From: Acidobacteriota bacterium
GTDB taxonomy: Bacteria; Acidobacteriota; Terriglobia; Terriglobales; Acidobacteriaceae
Direction: 5' to 3'
NCBI GenBank assembly: GCA_013289685.1
Contig: JABCZL010000001.1
Location: 1,838-65,837, forward strand
DNA: 64,000 bases
Of the stretch, positions 47,071 to 56,640 are shown in pieces; positions within the stretch are counted from its first letter, which is position 1; every line of letters starts with the position of its first letter. A model generated the notes under the pieces. The model made no database searches and was not told the DNA's origin. It was given only the letters and a program-made list of their open reading frames with translations. The position numbers were made by a program, and so were the translations under genes.

Positions 47071-47549
47071 ATGCTTTGCCGTTTTGCGATGAGGTTCGTT
47101 CGCATCGAGGTCGATCGTGCAAAAATATCCTTGGGGCGGATTGATTCGGAGGTTTCAGCTAACTCGTGTTCTGCGTAGTGCTGAGCTAAGTCTCCAAAGA
47201 TCAATCCGCGTCGCACATCCACCCGGTTGATTGGAACATGGTGTCGTTCGACCTCGGCCCATGCACTGCTTGCCGCGGGGAGGTGTCGGACCAAGCCTAT
47301 AGGGACTTTGTTTTCCACCCGTTTGCCATCAGATTGTCGAGTAGTACGGAAGAACAATACCCAGGTTTCGCCTTGAGCACGTCTTTCTTTCTTTGGCCAG
47401 CCGCGTTGATGTCTTGCGCCATTGTCGTGTCTCCTTGGTAAAGCAAGTGCTGTACTGATCGTCGAACATTCTGCAGGGTAGACACGAGAGGGAAGACAAG
47501 AATCCAGGTTTGTCTGATGAAATGGCGCAGTCAGACTCGTCTTTAGCAT
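47046..47549 (-). pseudogene. N-terminal remnant of a tyrosine-recombinase (phage-type) integrase
   Basis: ..RGWPKKERRAQGETWVLFFRTTRQSDGKRVENKVPIGLV...LIFGDLAQHYAEHELAE.. resembles integrase arm/SAM-like N-termini. No catalytic domain follows, and the ORF collides with the GH gene's 3' end. Confidence 0.4.
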
Positions 47550-47979
47550 GCGTATAAGTCCCCTGCAGCATGAGAATCCAGGTAGTGTCGGTCAATGGAT
47601 CAGACGGCATCTGGAAATCGACACGGCGATGACACAGGTTCGCCGTGAAAATCTCCAGTCTTTGGGCCAATATCGTTGTTCGTAAACGATTCCGTCTTGT
47701 TTCACAACGAATGTCATGACTCCTGAGAATCGATACTCCGCTCGCCACTAACGCGAAGTTGCGTGTCATCTTTACCTCCACGATTTAGCTGCTCTCTGCG
47801 TCGTGGGGCTTCGCTCTTTCACCTTTCAGTATGCGGAAGTAATAACCGTGGAAACGCCGGTGTTCCAAATCCTATTTCGACGTTTGTGTCGCATCCGTTT
47901 GCTCCCATTTTCTCCTGCATTGGATCTAGCCTTGTAGATCGATGCCTCGCGTCGTGTAGCGCTGAAGCGGCCCAGAGAA

Positions 47980-49941
47980 TCAGGCAGGGAAGTGAAGTTT
48001 CTGTTGTAAGGCGACAAATCGCGGGTTGGAGCGCAGATCGTCCAGAGCGGGGTCGACCTTCAGAAACACGAGACCATTGGATCGGTCGGCAAAAGCCTTC
48101 TCTAGGCAATCGATGGCTGTGTCAGGCTGTTTGAGGCCGGCGTATACGATCGCCAAGTAGTAGGGAGAGACGTACTCGCTTTTTGACTGCGATACTAAAG
48201 CCGCCAGCAGCTTTTCGGCCTCCGCCTTGTTTCCTGATCGTGCGTAGGCATTGGCTAATGCCGAAATCATCAAGGGCGTTCCGCGAGACAGTTCAACCGC
48301 CTTACGCAGTTCTGGAAGGGCGTGGCCGAAATCGCCCTTTTGCGCGTACGACAAACCGAGAACCAGATGGGGCAGTTCGTAGGACGGGTCCATTTCAAGA
48401 GTGTCGCGAAGCTGCTGGATGGCGCGGTCGTACTGTCGTGCCATGTAGAACCGCCATCCCAGGCTGAAGTTGATGCTGATGGAGAGCGGATCTAGCTCTC
48501 GCGCTTTGTTGATCTGCTCGACGCTATCATCGGGCCGACCCATCGCCATCAAGTAAAGTGAGTATCTCTGGTAAGCGGTCGCATAGCTGGGGTTGTCCTT
48601 AATCGCCTTAGCGAAGCCCGCAGCGGCAGCACTCCAATCCCAATCGTAGTTAAAACTCACCGTAGCAAGCGAAGTTTCCGCTTCCGCCAGCGTGGGATCG
48701 AGTTCAAGGGCCCTCAGGGCCGCCGCTTTGGCTTTCGGAGCCGCTTGCTCCGCTGACATGGTCCCGAAAATTTCGGCGCTGATAATGGCATAGCAATCGG
48801 CAAGGCCAGCATATGCGAGCGAATAATTCGGGGCTTGGTGCGTGGCGTCTTCGAAGTATCCGATGGCTCTGGTCAGGTTCTCATCCGATCTCTTGTTCCA
48901 ATAATAGCGCCCCTTGAGATAGTTCTCGTATGCCTCGGGAGCCACCGCCGGATTCTTGGCGAGCCGTTTCTGGTCCTCCGGAGTTAGATTGATTCGGATC
49001 TCATTGACAATGGCGGAAGAAACACGATTCTGTAGCGCCAGGATGTCGCCCATCTGGCTTTCGTAAGTGTCGGCCCAGAGATGACCGTCGGTCGCCACTT
49101 GCACGAGTTCCGCCGTGATTCGCACGCGATCCCCTACGCGAAGAACCGTGCCTTCGACGACCGCGTCAACGTTCAGTTCACTCGCGATCTGCGACAGGGG
49201 CTTGTGCGTGCCCTTGTAGGTCATCGCCGTCGACCGCGAAATCACTCGCAAAGAATGAATCTTCGCCAGATTGGCAATCAGATCGTCAGTCATGCCGTCG
49301 GCGAAGTATTCCTGATCCTTATCTCCGGAAAGATTCTCCAGCGGCAACACCACGAGCGACTTGTTGTGCGTGGGAAGCATCGCGCCGGCGCCCGCCCTCC
49401 GGTAATGGTAGAGCCCGGTCGCACCTACAACGCAGGCCAACAAGATCGCAGCGGCGACAACCAGAAAATGCGCACTAGTCTCCCACCGGTGACTTGCTGG
49501 TTCCGAGCGAACATCCTCCGGCAGCGCTTCGCTGTGCGGCTCCTCCTGTGGGACGGGAACGGGCCCATTCCTTATCTGACTCTGGAAGTTTCCCGGGAGA
49601 AAGGGACCCGCAACCGGCGCAATGAACCGATACCCGCGCCGCGGGATTGTTTCCACGAATCGGGGGTTTTCGGAGGAATCGCCCAGGACTTCCCTAAGCC
49701 GCATCACGGCGTTGTTCAGTCCGTGATCAAAATCTACGAATGTGTCGCCGGACCATAGCCGGCTGCGCAAGTCGTCTCGGGTGACGATCTCGCCCGGGCT
49801 CTCGAGAAGTACCGCGAGAACTTGAAAAGGCTGCTCGGAGAGCTTGAGCCGGACACCGTGCTTGCGGATTTCGCAGGCCTTGAGGTCTACCTCAAAAACA
49901 CCGAAATGGAGAACCCTAGCGACGAAGGCAGGAGTACCCAT
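47980..49941 (-). CDS. Membrane-anchored transcriptional regulator: OmpR/CadC-type winged helix, TM and TPR repeats
   Basis: FGVFEVDLKACEIRKHGVRLKLSEQPFQVLAVLL...ETIPRRGYRF is followed by a TM segment and a C-terminal TPR array. Confidence 0.88.
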   Translation of the reverse strand: MGTPAFVARVLHFGVFEVDLKACEIRKHGVRLKLSEQPFQVLAVLLESPGEIVTRDDLRSRLWSGDTFVDFDHGLNNAVMRLREVLGDSSENPRFVETIPRRGYRFIAPVAGPFLPGNFQSQIRNGPVPVPQEEPHSEALPEDVRSEPASHRWETSAHFLVVAAAILLACVVGATGLYHYRRAGAGAMLPTHNKSLVVLPLENLSGDKDQEYFADGMTDDLIANLAKIHSLRVISRSTAMTYKGTHKPLSQIASELNVDAVVEGTVLRVGDRVRITAELVQVATDGHLWADTYESQMGDILALQNRVSSAIVNEIRINLTPEDQKRLAKNPAVAPEAYENYLKGRYYWNKRSDENLTRAIGYFEDATHQAPNYSLAYAGLADCYAIISAEIFGTMSAEQAAPKAKAAALRALELDPTLAEAETSLATVSFNYDWDWSAAAAGFAKAIKDNPSYATAYQRYSLYLMAMGRPDDSVEQINKARELDPLSISINFSLGWRFYMARQYDRAIQQLRDTLEMDPSYELPHLVLGLSYAQKGDFGHALPELRKAVELSRGTPLMISALANAYARSGNKAEAEKLLAALVSQSKSEYVSPYYLAIVYAGLKQPDTAIDCLEKAFADRSNGLVFLKVDPALDDLRSNPRFVALQQKLHFPA

Positions 49942-50241
49942 GATTCCGAAAGTACCGTGGGCGAGTATATCCCCTTACAACTCTCAACGTCAAAATCGGA
50001 GAGAGAAAACCGCATCTTCTTTATTTTCAGATGGAAGCACGGTGATGTGAAAAGGTTCCGCATCGGATAGTTCAAGGATTGCGCCGGAAGCCTGGCTGTG
50101 TGCAAAGTGGCCGGGTTCGCTTGAGTATCTTCTTCTGAAGCTTAGTGCCTGTGGGGGGCCGAGCAAGGTGGTTACCAGAGATCTAGCGGCGCTTTGCAAA
50201 GCGCTCTACGAATTCCTTCCTAGCCGCGAAGCGAGGACACT

Positions 50242-53200
50242 ATGACGATCCAAGACAGATTGGAAGCAGTGGTGGGTTGCAAGAAGTACTGGGTGCTCGT
50301 ACTTTTTGTCAGCCTGTTCTGGTCGGTGCAATCCAAAGCGCAGGTAGCGGGTGCCACTCTTTCGGGAACGGTCACCGACCCGTCGGGGGCGGCGATCGCC
50401 AGCGCCAAGGTCTCGATAAAGAACCTCGGCACCGGCGAGGTTCGCGAGGCGACCTCGAACGGCGACGGCTTCTACTCAGCCCCCAACCTCTTGCCTGGTT
50501 CCTACGAAGTATCTGCGTCGAATAAGGGATTCTCGACCGCGGTGCAGAAGGGGATCGTTCTCACAGTCGGCGCACAACAATCCCTCAACATCGCCCTGAA
50601 GCCGGGAGAGGTGACTGAAACGGTTCAGGTAATGAGCACCCCGCCGGACGTGCAAACCTCGTCGTCCGCGGTCAGTTCGACCGTAGATTCCAGAACCGTC
50701 CGCGAACTGCCGCTGAACGGTCGCGACTGGACGAGTTTGGCAACACTGGAGCCCGGCGTGGTCAACATTCCAAACCAGGCTACGACATCATTCAATGCCA
50801 ACAAGGGAAATCGTGGCTTTGGAAACCAGTTGAGCGACTCGGGACACCGTCCCAACGAAAACAGCTACCGTCTCAACGGCGTCAGCATTAACGACTACAC
50901 CAACGCGGCCCCCGGCGGCTCCACTGGACTGAATCTGGGAGTAGATGCAGTCCAAGAATTCTCAGTCATCACCACGGGCTACACTGCAGAATACGGAAGA
51001 ACATCCGGCGCGATTATCAATGCGATTACCAAGTCGGGCACCAACCAAGTACACGGAACCGCGTTTTTCTTCGACCGGGACAGCATTTTTGATGCCCGGA
51101 ACTATTTTGACGGACCGACGATTGCCCCCTTCCGCCGCATTCAGTTTGGAGGTTCCGCCGGCGCCCCAATTGTGAAAGATCGAACTTTCATCTTCGCTTC
51201 CTATGAGGGATTCCGCCAGAGCCAGGAGGCTTCTGGAAGCATCAATGTGCCGGACGCAGCCTCCCGCGCCTTTGCCGTTCCTGCGATTCAGCCGTATCTG
51301 GCCTTGTGGCCAGTGGCCCCCGCCGGCGCACCCGACAAAATCGTCGACACGGTTAACGGTCTTGGAATACAAACTTTCAATGTGAATGTGGCCACCATTG
51401 CCAACGAAAACAACTTCATCACCCGGTTCGATCATCGCATCTCAAATTCCGACAGCCTGACCGGCAGCTACTTCTTCGACTCCGGCCCGCAATCGCAAGC
51501 CGATCCGTTGGCGAACACAGTACACCAGGTGTTCTCGCGCCGGCAGATGGGCAGTTTCGAAGAGACGCATATCTTCAGTCCGTCGTTAGTGAACACCCTC
51601 CGCCTCGGCTACAACCGGGCTTTGGGAAAGATCAATAACCCTGTATCGGGCGATACCGTATCGAAAGATGCTGCGCTCGCGATCGCGCCCGGCGCCAGCG
51701 CCCCTCCCGAGATTCCCGTGCCCGGTTTGACCACGGCTTATGGTTTAGGTGGATTCAACCGCTTCACCCACGCCTGGAATTCGTACCAGGCCGCAGACGA
51801 CGCCTTCCTGACCCACGGCAAGCATTCCATCAAGTTCGGCTTTGCCTTCGAGTACATGCAATACAACGTGCTCGAACAGTTGAGCCCGAATGGCAGAATG
51901 AGCACATACGGCAGCCTAGCCAGCTTTCTCACCAACCAAGGCGATCAGCTCAATGCGCTTGCGCCTGGGGGATCTCACGAGGTGGGATTGCGGGAGAAGC
52001 TCTTTGCCGGGTACCTGCAGGACGATTGGCACGTCAAACCAAACCTGACTTTCAACATGGGCCTGCGCTACGAGATGACCACCAAGCCCACAGACGCGAA
52101 CACCGTTCCGGGATATACCGTGAACGGCTACACCGTCGCCGCGGCAGGATTCCAGGAAATCATCAGCCTCTCCAATTGCACTCCAAACACAACGGCGTGT
52201 GGACCGGTAGGCGTGAACAGCCCTCTTCTGCAAAATCCCACCACCAAGGATTTCGAGCCTCGCCTCGGTGTGGAATGGGACCCTTTCAAGAATGGAAAAA
52301 CATCGGTGCGAGCCGGATTTGGCATGTTTGACGTGCTGCCGCTTCCTTATGAGTTCGGTCTGAACACTGCGGCTACCGCCCCGTTCCAGATTATTGGCGC
52401 AGCGCCCGGAGCCACGCTGGGCAGCGGCATTAATCCCAATGTCAACTTCAACCCACAACACATTCGCAACCGCTTTATCGATGCCTACCCCAAGCGCCCC
52501 TATGTGATGAACTGGAACGCCAACGTTCAGCGGCAGCTTGGGTCCGGTTATTTGCTGTTGGTCGGCTACGTTGGATCGCGCTCTCTGCACACCTCCGCTG
52601 CAGCCGATGACATCAACCTGGTTCAGCCAACGGCGGTGAATGGTGTGGGATTGGTATTCCCTTGTGATCCTTCGCAACTGAGCCCCGGCAACACCTGCGC
52701 CAATCAGCAAACCGGCACTCGCATCGACTCAAACTGGGGAGGCGGGGCCGGAATCCGCCCCGTCCTTTTTGACGGCGCAGCTTCCTATAACGCCTTCCAG
52801 ACTCAACTGAAGAAGAATTTCAATCAGGGAGTGCAGGGGCAGATTTCTTATGCCTATGGAAAGTGCAGCGACCTGAGCTCAGCCCCGGTCACCGGAGACA
52901 CGTTTCTGAATTCGATCGCCGTGCCTCTCATGTTAATTAAATCGGCGAGAGTGGGAGCCTGCGACTTTGATATACGGAACGTGCTGTCCGCCACCCTGAT
53001 GTGGGATCTTCCGACGATGAAGGGCGGGTCAAAGCTGATGTCAACCCTGACCGGCGGATGGGAACTGGGAACCATCGTCTCCGCCTATAGCGGAGCACCC
53101 TTCACGGTAACTACCGGCGACGGCAACGATCCACTGGGCACCGGCTTCAACGGCGATTTCTCGATGGACTTCGCCAGCCTGACCCCCGGCTGCAGTCCGA

Positions 53201-53661
53201 TTCACGGCGGCCTAAACTACTTGAACACGAACTGCTTCACGCCTCCGACTGCTCCGACTTCGTTGGTTCCCGCTACCGCCGCGAACCCTTACGGTTGTGC
53301 GCCGAATTCGTTTCCCTCAGTGCCTTCGGGCGTGACTCCGCCTGCCGGTATGCAGTTCTGTTCCAACGTGCTGGGCAACACCCATCGCAATCAATTCTAT
53401 GGGCCACGGCTTACCACGGTGGACTTCTCGATTTTCAAGAACACGCGCATCCCAAGTATTTCCGAAGCCTTCAACATCCAGTTCCGAGCAGAATTTTTTA
53501 ACATTCTGAATCACACCAACTTTCTGTCACCGGGTTTCCTGAACACATTCGGCCAGAACAACTCGGTTTACGACTTCAACGGTAGCTCGCTACCCACGGC
53601 CTTGAACCAGACCTCCACAACCTCGCGACAGATTCAGCTGGGGTTGAAAGTAATTTTCTAG
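50242..53661 (+). CDS. TonB-dependent receptor with an N-terminal carboxypeptidase-regulatory-like domain
   Basis: LSGTVTDPSGAAIASAKVSIKNLGTGEVREATSNGDGFYSAPNLLPGSYEV is followed by plug and barrel regions. The C-terminus is ..RQIQLGLKVIF. Confidence 0.9.
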   Translation: MTIQDRLEAVVGCKKYWVLVLFVSLFWSVQSKAQVAGATLSGTVTDPSGAAIASAKVSIKNLGTGEVREATSNGDGFYSAPNLLPGSYEVSASNKGFSTAVQKGIVLTVGAQQSLNIALKPGEVTETVQVMSTPPDVQTSSSAVSSTVDSRTVRELPLNGRDWTSLATLEPGVVNIPNQATTSFNANKGNRGFGNQLSDSGHRPNENSYRLNGVSINDYTNAAPGGSTGLNLGVDAVQEFSVITTGYTAEYGRTSGAIINAITKSGTNQVHGTAFFFDRDSIFDARNYFDGPTIAPFRRIQFGGSAGAPIVKDRTFIFASYEGFRQSQEASGSINVPDAASRAFAVPAIQPYLALWPVAPAGAPDKIVDTVNGLGIQTFNVNVATIANENNFITRFDHRISNSDSLTGSYFFDSGPQSQADPLANTVHQVFSRRQMGSFEETHIFSPSLVNTLRLGYNRALGKINNPVSGDTVSKDAALAIAPGASAPPEIPVPGLTTAYGLGGFNRFTHAWNSYQAADDAFLTHGKHSIKFGFAFEYMQYNVLEQLSPNGRMSTYGSLASFLTNQGDQLNALAPGGSHEVGLREKLFAGYLQDDWHVKPNLTFNMGLRYEMTTKPTDANTVPGYTVNGYTVAAAGFQEIISLSNCTPNTTACGPVGVNSPLLQNPTTKDFEPRLGVEWDPFKNGKTSVRAGFGMFDVLPLPYEFGLNTAATAPFQIIGAAPGATLGSGINPNVNFNPQHIRNRFIDAYPKRPYVMNWNANVQRQLGSGYLLLVGYVGSRSLHTSAAADDINLVQPTAVNGVGLVFPCDPSQLSPGNTCANQQTGTRIDSNWGGGAGIRPVLFDGAASYNAFQTQLKKNFNQGVQGQISYAYGKCSDLSSAPVTGDTFLNSIAVPLMLIKSARVGACDFDIRNVLSATLMWDLPTMKGGSKLMSTLTGGWELGTIVSAYSGAPFTVTTGDGNDPLGTGFNGDFSMDFASLTPGCSPIHGGLNYLNTNCFTPPTAPTSLVPATAANPYGCAPNSFPSVPSGVTPPAGMQFCSNVLGNTHRNQFYGPRLTTVDFSIFKNTRIPSISEAFNIQFRAEFFNILNHTNFLSPGFLNTFGQNNSVYDFNGSSLPTALNQTSTTSRQIQLGLKVIF

Positions 53662-53759
53662 CAGCCGAATAACGAGGCCTAACGAGCTTTCGGTCTCCCA
53701 CTTCTAACACTCTCGTCTGCAGATCAGACGCTGATTACACAGAGAGCCGGGGCGTCGCA

Positions 53760-55160
53760 TTGGCGATGGCGGCTAAACAACAAGAATTGCCCGCGTCGCC
53801 ATCCGTTATGAAAAGCCGCTTGCACGAGCTCACTGGTGAATCCGACGGGTTAGACGAAGCCGTCGGCGGCACGCATGTCCGTTGGGCCGTAATGGGCATT
53901 GTCATGGCCGTCATGGCTGTCACCGCGCTCAATCGCCTGAACTTGAGCATTGCAGGGAAATACATTGAAGAGGAATTTTCCTTCAGTACGATTTCCATGG
54001 GACGTGTGTTCAGTGCTTTTCTCTGGGGATATGGGCTGTTTCAGATTCCTTGGGGATATGTTTGCGATCGCATCGGCCCGCGTAGAACCTTGACAGCATC
54101 CATCTTCTGCTTCGCGGTCGGATCCGGAGCGATGGTGTTTGCACCCAGATTTGCGGGAGCAACGGGGATCAGTGCTCTCGCGATCTTTCGAATCGTGCGC
54201 TTCCTAACCGGGGTGGGAGAAGCGGCGGTCTCTTCCAACGTAACTCGCGTCATAGCATCATGGACTGCGCTGCGCGAACGCGGGTTTGCCAGCGGCTTAC
54301 AGGTTTGTGGTTTGGGGTTGGGAGGAACCCTGACTCCCATCGCCATCGCCTGGACCATGGTCCATTGGGGCTGGCGCGTTTCTTTTGGAATATCTGCGGC
54401 GCTTGCCTTTTTGGTGGTCGCGCTTTGGCATTGGTACGCGACCGACTGGCCCGAAGAGCATCCACGGGTGAACCGGAGGGAGTTGAGAACTATTCACCCT
54501 GGATCGGAAAGCGCTACTCCCCGGCCGCAGCAAACCGCGATTAAAGTTCCATGGGGCAAAATGTTTGGCAGTCTGTCGGTGTGGGCCTTGATCCTGGCCT
54601 ATGGTTTTCAGGGCTATGCCTTTTATGTCTATTACAACTGGTTTTACTTTTACGCCGTGAAAATGCGTGGACTGGACTTAATGCACGCTGCCGCCTGGAC
54701 TTCTGCCCCATTCCTCGCAATGGCCCTGTTGTCCCCGGTCGGCGGATGGTTTTCGGATCGCGTCGCCCACGTCTCTGACCGCCGAAAAGGGCGCTTGGCA
54801 GCGGTGTGGGTTGGAATGGGTGTTGCGGCCTTGTTGTTGTACACCGGCAACCATATCAGTCTCACAGCCGTTGCTCTTCCCATGATTGCTTTGGCAGCTG
54901 GCTTTACCATGTTTGGGGCGGCAAATTTCTGGGCCGCCTGCATTGATCTCGCACCGGGATATTCCGCATCACTGTCCGCCCTCATGAACACGGTGGGAAG
55001 TCTGGGCGGCGTTGTTTCATCTACCGTGACCGCCTCCATAGCGGTTCATCGAGGTTGGGTGCCGGCGTTGGACGTCGCCGTATGGGTCACAGTTGGGTCG
55101 GGACTGCTTTTCACAATGGTAAATGCGAATCAGAGTATTGGGAATGTAGACGACCGGTAG
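53760..55160 (+). CDS. MFS transporter (anion:cation symporter/hexuronate-like)
   Basis: A 12-TM pattern with ..LNLSIAGKYIEEEFSFS..GRVFSAFLWGYGLFQIPWGYVCDRIGPRR. The start is uncertain: TTG 53760, ATG 53766 or ATG 53808. Confidence 0.85.
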   Translation: MAMAAKQQELPASPSVMKSRLHELTGESDGLDEAVGGTHVRWAVMGIVMAVMAVTALNRLNLSIAGKYIEEEFSFSTISMGRVFSAFLWGYGLFQIPWGYVCDRIGPRRTLTASIFCFAVGSGAMVFAPRFAGATGISALAIFRIVRFLTGVGEAAVSSNVTRVIASWTALRERGFASGLQVCGLGLGGTLTPIAIAWTMVHWGWRVSFGISAALAFLVVALWHWYATDWPEEHPRVNRRELRTIHPGSESATPRPQQTAIKVPWGKMFGSLSVWALILAYGFQGYAFYVYYNWFYFYAVKMRGLDLMHAAAWTSAPFLAMALLSPVGGWFSDRVAHVSDRRKGRLAAVWVGMGVAALLLYTGNHISLTAVALPMIALAAGFTMFGAANFWAACIDLAPGYSASLSALMNTVGSLGGVVSSTVTASIAVHRGWVPALDVAVWVTVGSGLLFTMVNANQSIGNVDDR

Positions 55161-55681
55161 CACCGCAATAGATAAGCAAAGGTGATGGTGGTCGACCGCA
55201 ACTCGCACAGGTACTTGTTCGTGACTCACGAAGGTTGCTGCGCTGCAGGTAGTCGCGCATGCAGGTGTCGCTTAGAGTTTGTACCTGCTTATCGCGAAGC
55301 CAGTTGCCGCTGAATCTCGGCACTCGATCGCCGTGTTCGATTCTAACCTCTAGGGGTCGGTGGAGCGGTGGAGCACCCAAAAAGCCCCATCGCCGATAAC
55401 CCTTTCAAGAAGCCATGGAAGCGCTCGCTGAATCCCCCGAAAACTTCGAAGCTCGTTTATCAATTTCGAGGACGTATAGTGCCTTTCGCCAAGGGTGAAC
55501 TGCCGCATTCGCCGGGCGGTCATACACGCTTGTTCCTAGTCGGGAAACATGTCGAGATCTGCGACAGCAACCTGGCCCCACGAGGAAACACGTCCAGTTT
55601 AGCGATGCCTTCGAACGCGTTGCTCGTCTGTGTGTCGTTAGACGACGGCCCGTGGGCGCCCGAACGATCATCTGTTCACGG

Positions 55682-55771
55682 CTTTCGTCGGGCTGAATCT
55701 GTTTCAGTCTGGATTCACGAACTGGTGCCCGCTGATGACCTTCCTGCGTAAACTTGGAGTTGGCAGATAGG
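55682..55771 (+). pseudogene. 3' fragment of a DUF2892 gene (last 29 codons only)
   Basis: Encodes AFVGLNLFQSGFTNWCPLMTFLRKLGVGR*, near-identical to the C-terminus of the 555..743 gene. Similarity starts abruptly near 55674. Confidence 0.7.
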
Positions 55772-55783
55772 AGAAGGTGAACA

Positions 55784-55873
55784 TGCCCAATTGGGTTTGG
55801 GGAGTGGCATTCCTTGTCGCCTATGTGGTCTTGACGCAATGGCTACGGCCAAAACTCGGAGTTCCCACCTGAA
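55784..55873 (+). CDS. Second copy of the 29-aa hydrophobic small protein (MPNWVWGVAFLVAYVVLTQWLRPKLGVPT)
   Basis: The reading frame is intact and AGGAGAAGG lies upstream. It may be silent, because it follows a gene fragment. Confidence 0.4.
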
Positions 55874-56139
55874 GGAGCCAAGGATGCGCCGAGTCTCGGC
55901 GCAAAACCCCGAGTGACCCCAATCATTGAGCCCGAAGTCACATTGGAGGCGCGGAGCGCTGTCGTCGCGATGCAGAGCGCGGCGTTCAAAGCAGCGATAA
56001 ATCGAAAGTCGGTCGAAGCAGCTTCGACCTTTGAATCCGCAAGGCTACGATCCACAATTCCCAGAAGATCCTTGATCTCACCCGTGCTGGTCGGCTCCCG
56101 CCTTAGCCAACCGTGCTCCACCCACTTTTCTAAGCTCAT
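55843..56139 (-). pseudogene. HEPN-domain protein gene, truncated after about 64 codons
   Basis: MSLEKWVEHGWLRREPTSTGEIKDLLGIVDRSLADSKVE..DFRFIAALNAALCIATTALRA is HEPN-like. The sequence then runs into the duplicated segment, and no Rx4-6H motif is present. Confidence 0.5.
55887..55903. other. Second copy of the conserved hairpin gcgccga-gtc-tcggcgc
   Basis: Sits at the same position relative to the small ORF as 423-439. Confidence 0.5.
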
Positions 56140-56164
56140 CCTCGTCTCCTAGCAAAAATTCCTT

Positions 56165-56353
56165 TTAGCCTTTGAGCACGGCGGTCAAAAAATGATTCCC
56201 GCTCGCAAGTTTCGGGTTGAATTCCTCGAGGGAATACACGGTCGGCTTGATAGGGCGCCCGATGTTTTTCTCCACTGTAGAAAGCCGTGAAAGGATCCCA
56301 AATTTGGCGTTGTTAAGGGGACGATAAGAAGTGACGTGCGGCTCCTTCTGGTT
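56165..56353 (-). pseudogene. C-terminal remnant of an MNT-type nucleotidyltransferase (HEPN partner)
   Basis: An open frame without a start codon ends ..NIGRPIKPTVYSLEEFNPKLASGNHFLTAVLKG*, 25 nt upstream of the HEPN ATG. Confidence 0.4.
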
Positions 56354-56500
56354 TCAAGCGATATCCGCCGACACCGTTTGATATCAATCAGTTACATCTC
56401 ATTATTGCCCTGTCACTGCAACGTTCTGGCACATACAATCGACTAGTCGACTGACTTTCGAGGCGGATCGTTTCAACCACTCACGCACCTCTCCGGAAAG

Positions 56501-56535
56501 CAGTTATCAGCCGTCAACTCTCAGCCGTCAGGGGA
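56501..56535 (+). repeat. Heptanucleotide tandem array (CAGCCGT-type, 5 units)
   Basis: The units are cagttat cagccgt caactct cagccgt cagggga. Confidence 0.8.
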
Positions 56536-56583
56536 AGCAGATTCCTCCGCCCCTCGCATTCGCTCGGGGGTCGGAATGACAAC
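56534..56583 (+). repeat. Hairpin repeat element, copy a (GCAGATTCCTC..hairpin..TCGGAATGACAA)
   Basis: Shares conserved ends with four other copies between 58146 and 59053. Confidence 0.8.
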
Positions 56584-56590
56584 GCTCTAG

Positions 56591-56640
56591 CTAACGACCA
56601 ACGACTAACGGCTAACGACCAACGACGGCTTCTAACGACG
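56591..56640 (+). repeat. Heptanucleotide tandem array (CTAACGA/CCAACGA-type, about 7 units)
   Basis: The units are ctaacga ccaacga ctaacgg ctaacga ccaacga cggcttc taacgac. The array overlaps the tadA stop codon. Confidence 0.8.

Noticed and set aside
47329-47781. 150-aa minus-strand ORF with a GGAGGT ribosome-binding site
   Set aside because: It has no recognisable family, a Cys/Arg/Thr-rich composition, and overlaps the integrase relic in another frame. It is kept only as a note under that finding.
55161-55673. Search for gene remnants between the MFS gene and the duplicated segment
   Set aside because: All six frames give only short ORFs (at most ~140 aa, and those look spurious) with no motif I can place. 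The region is left unannotated.
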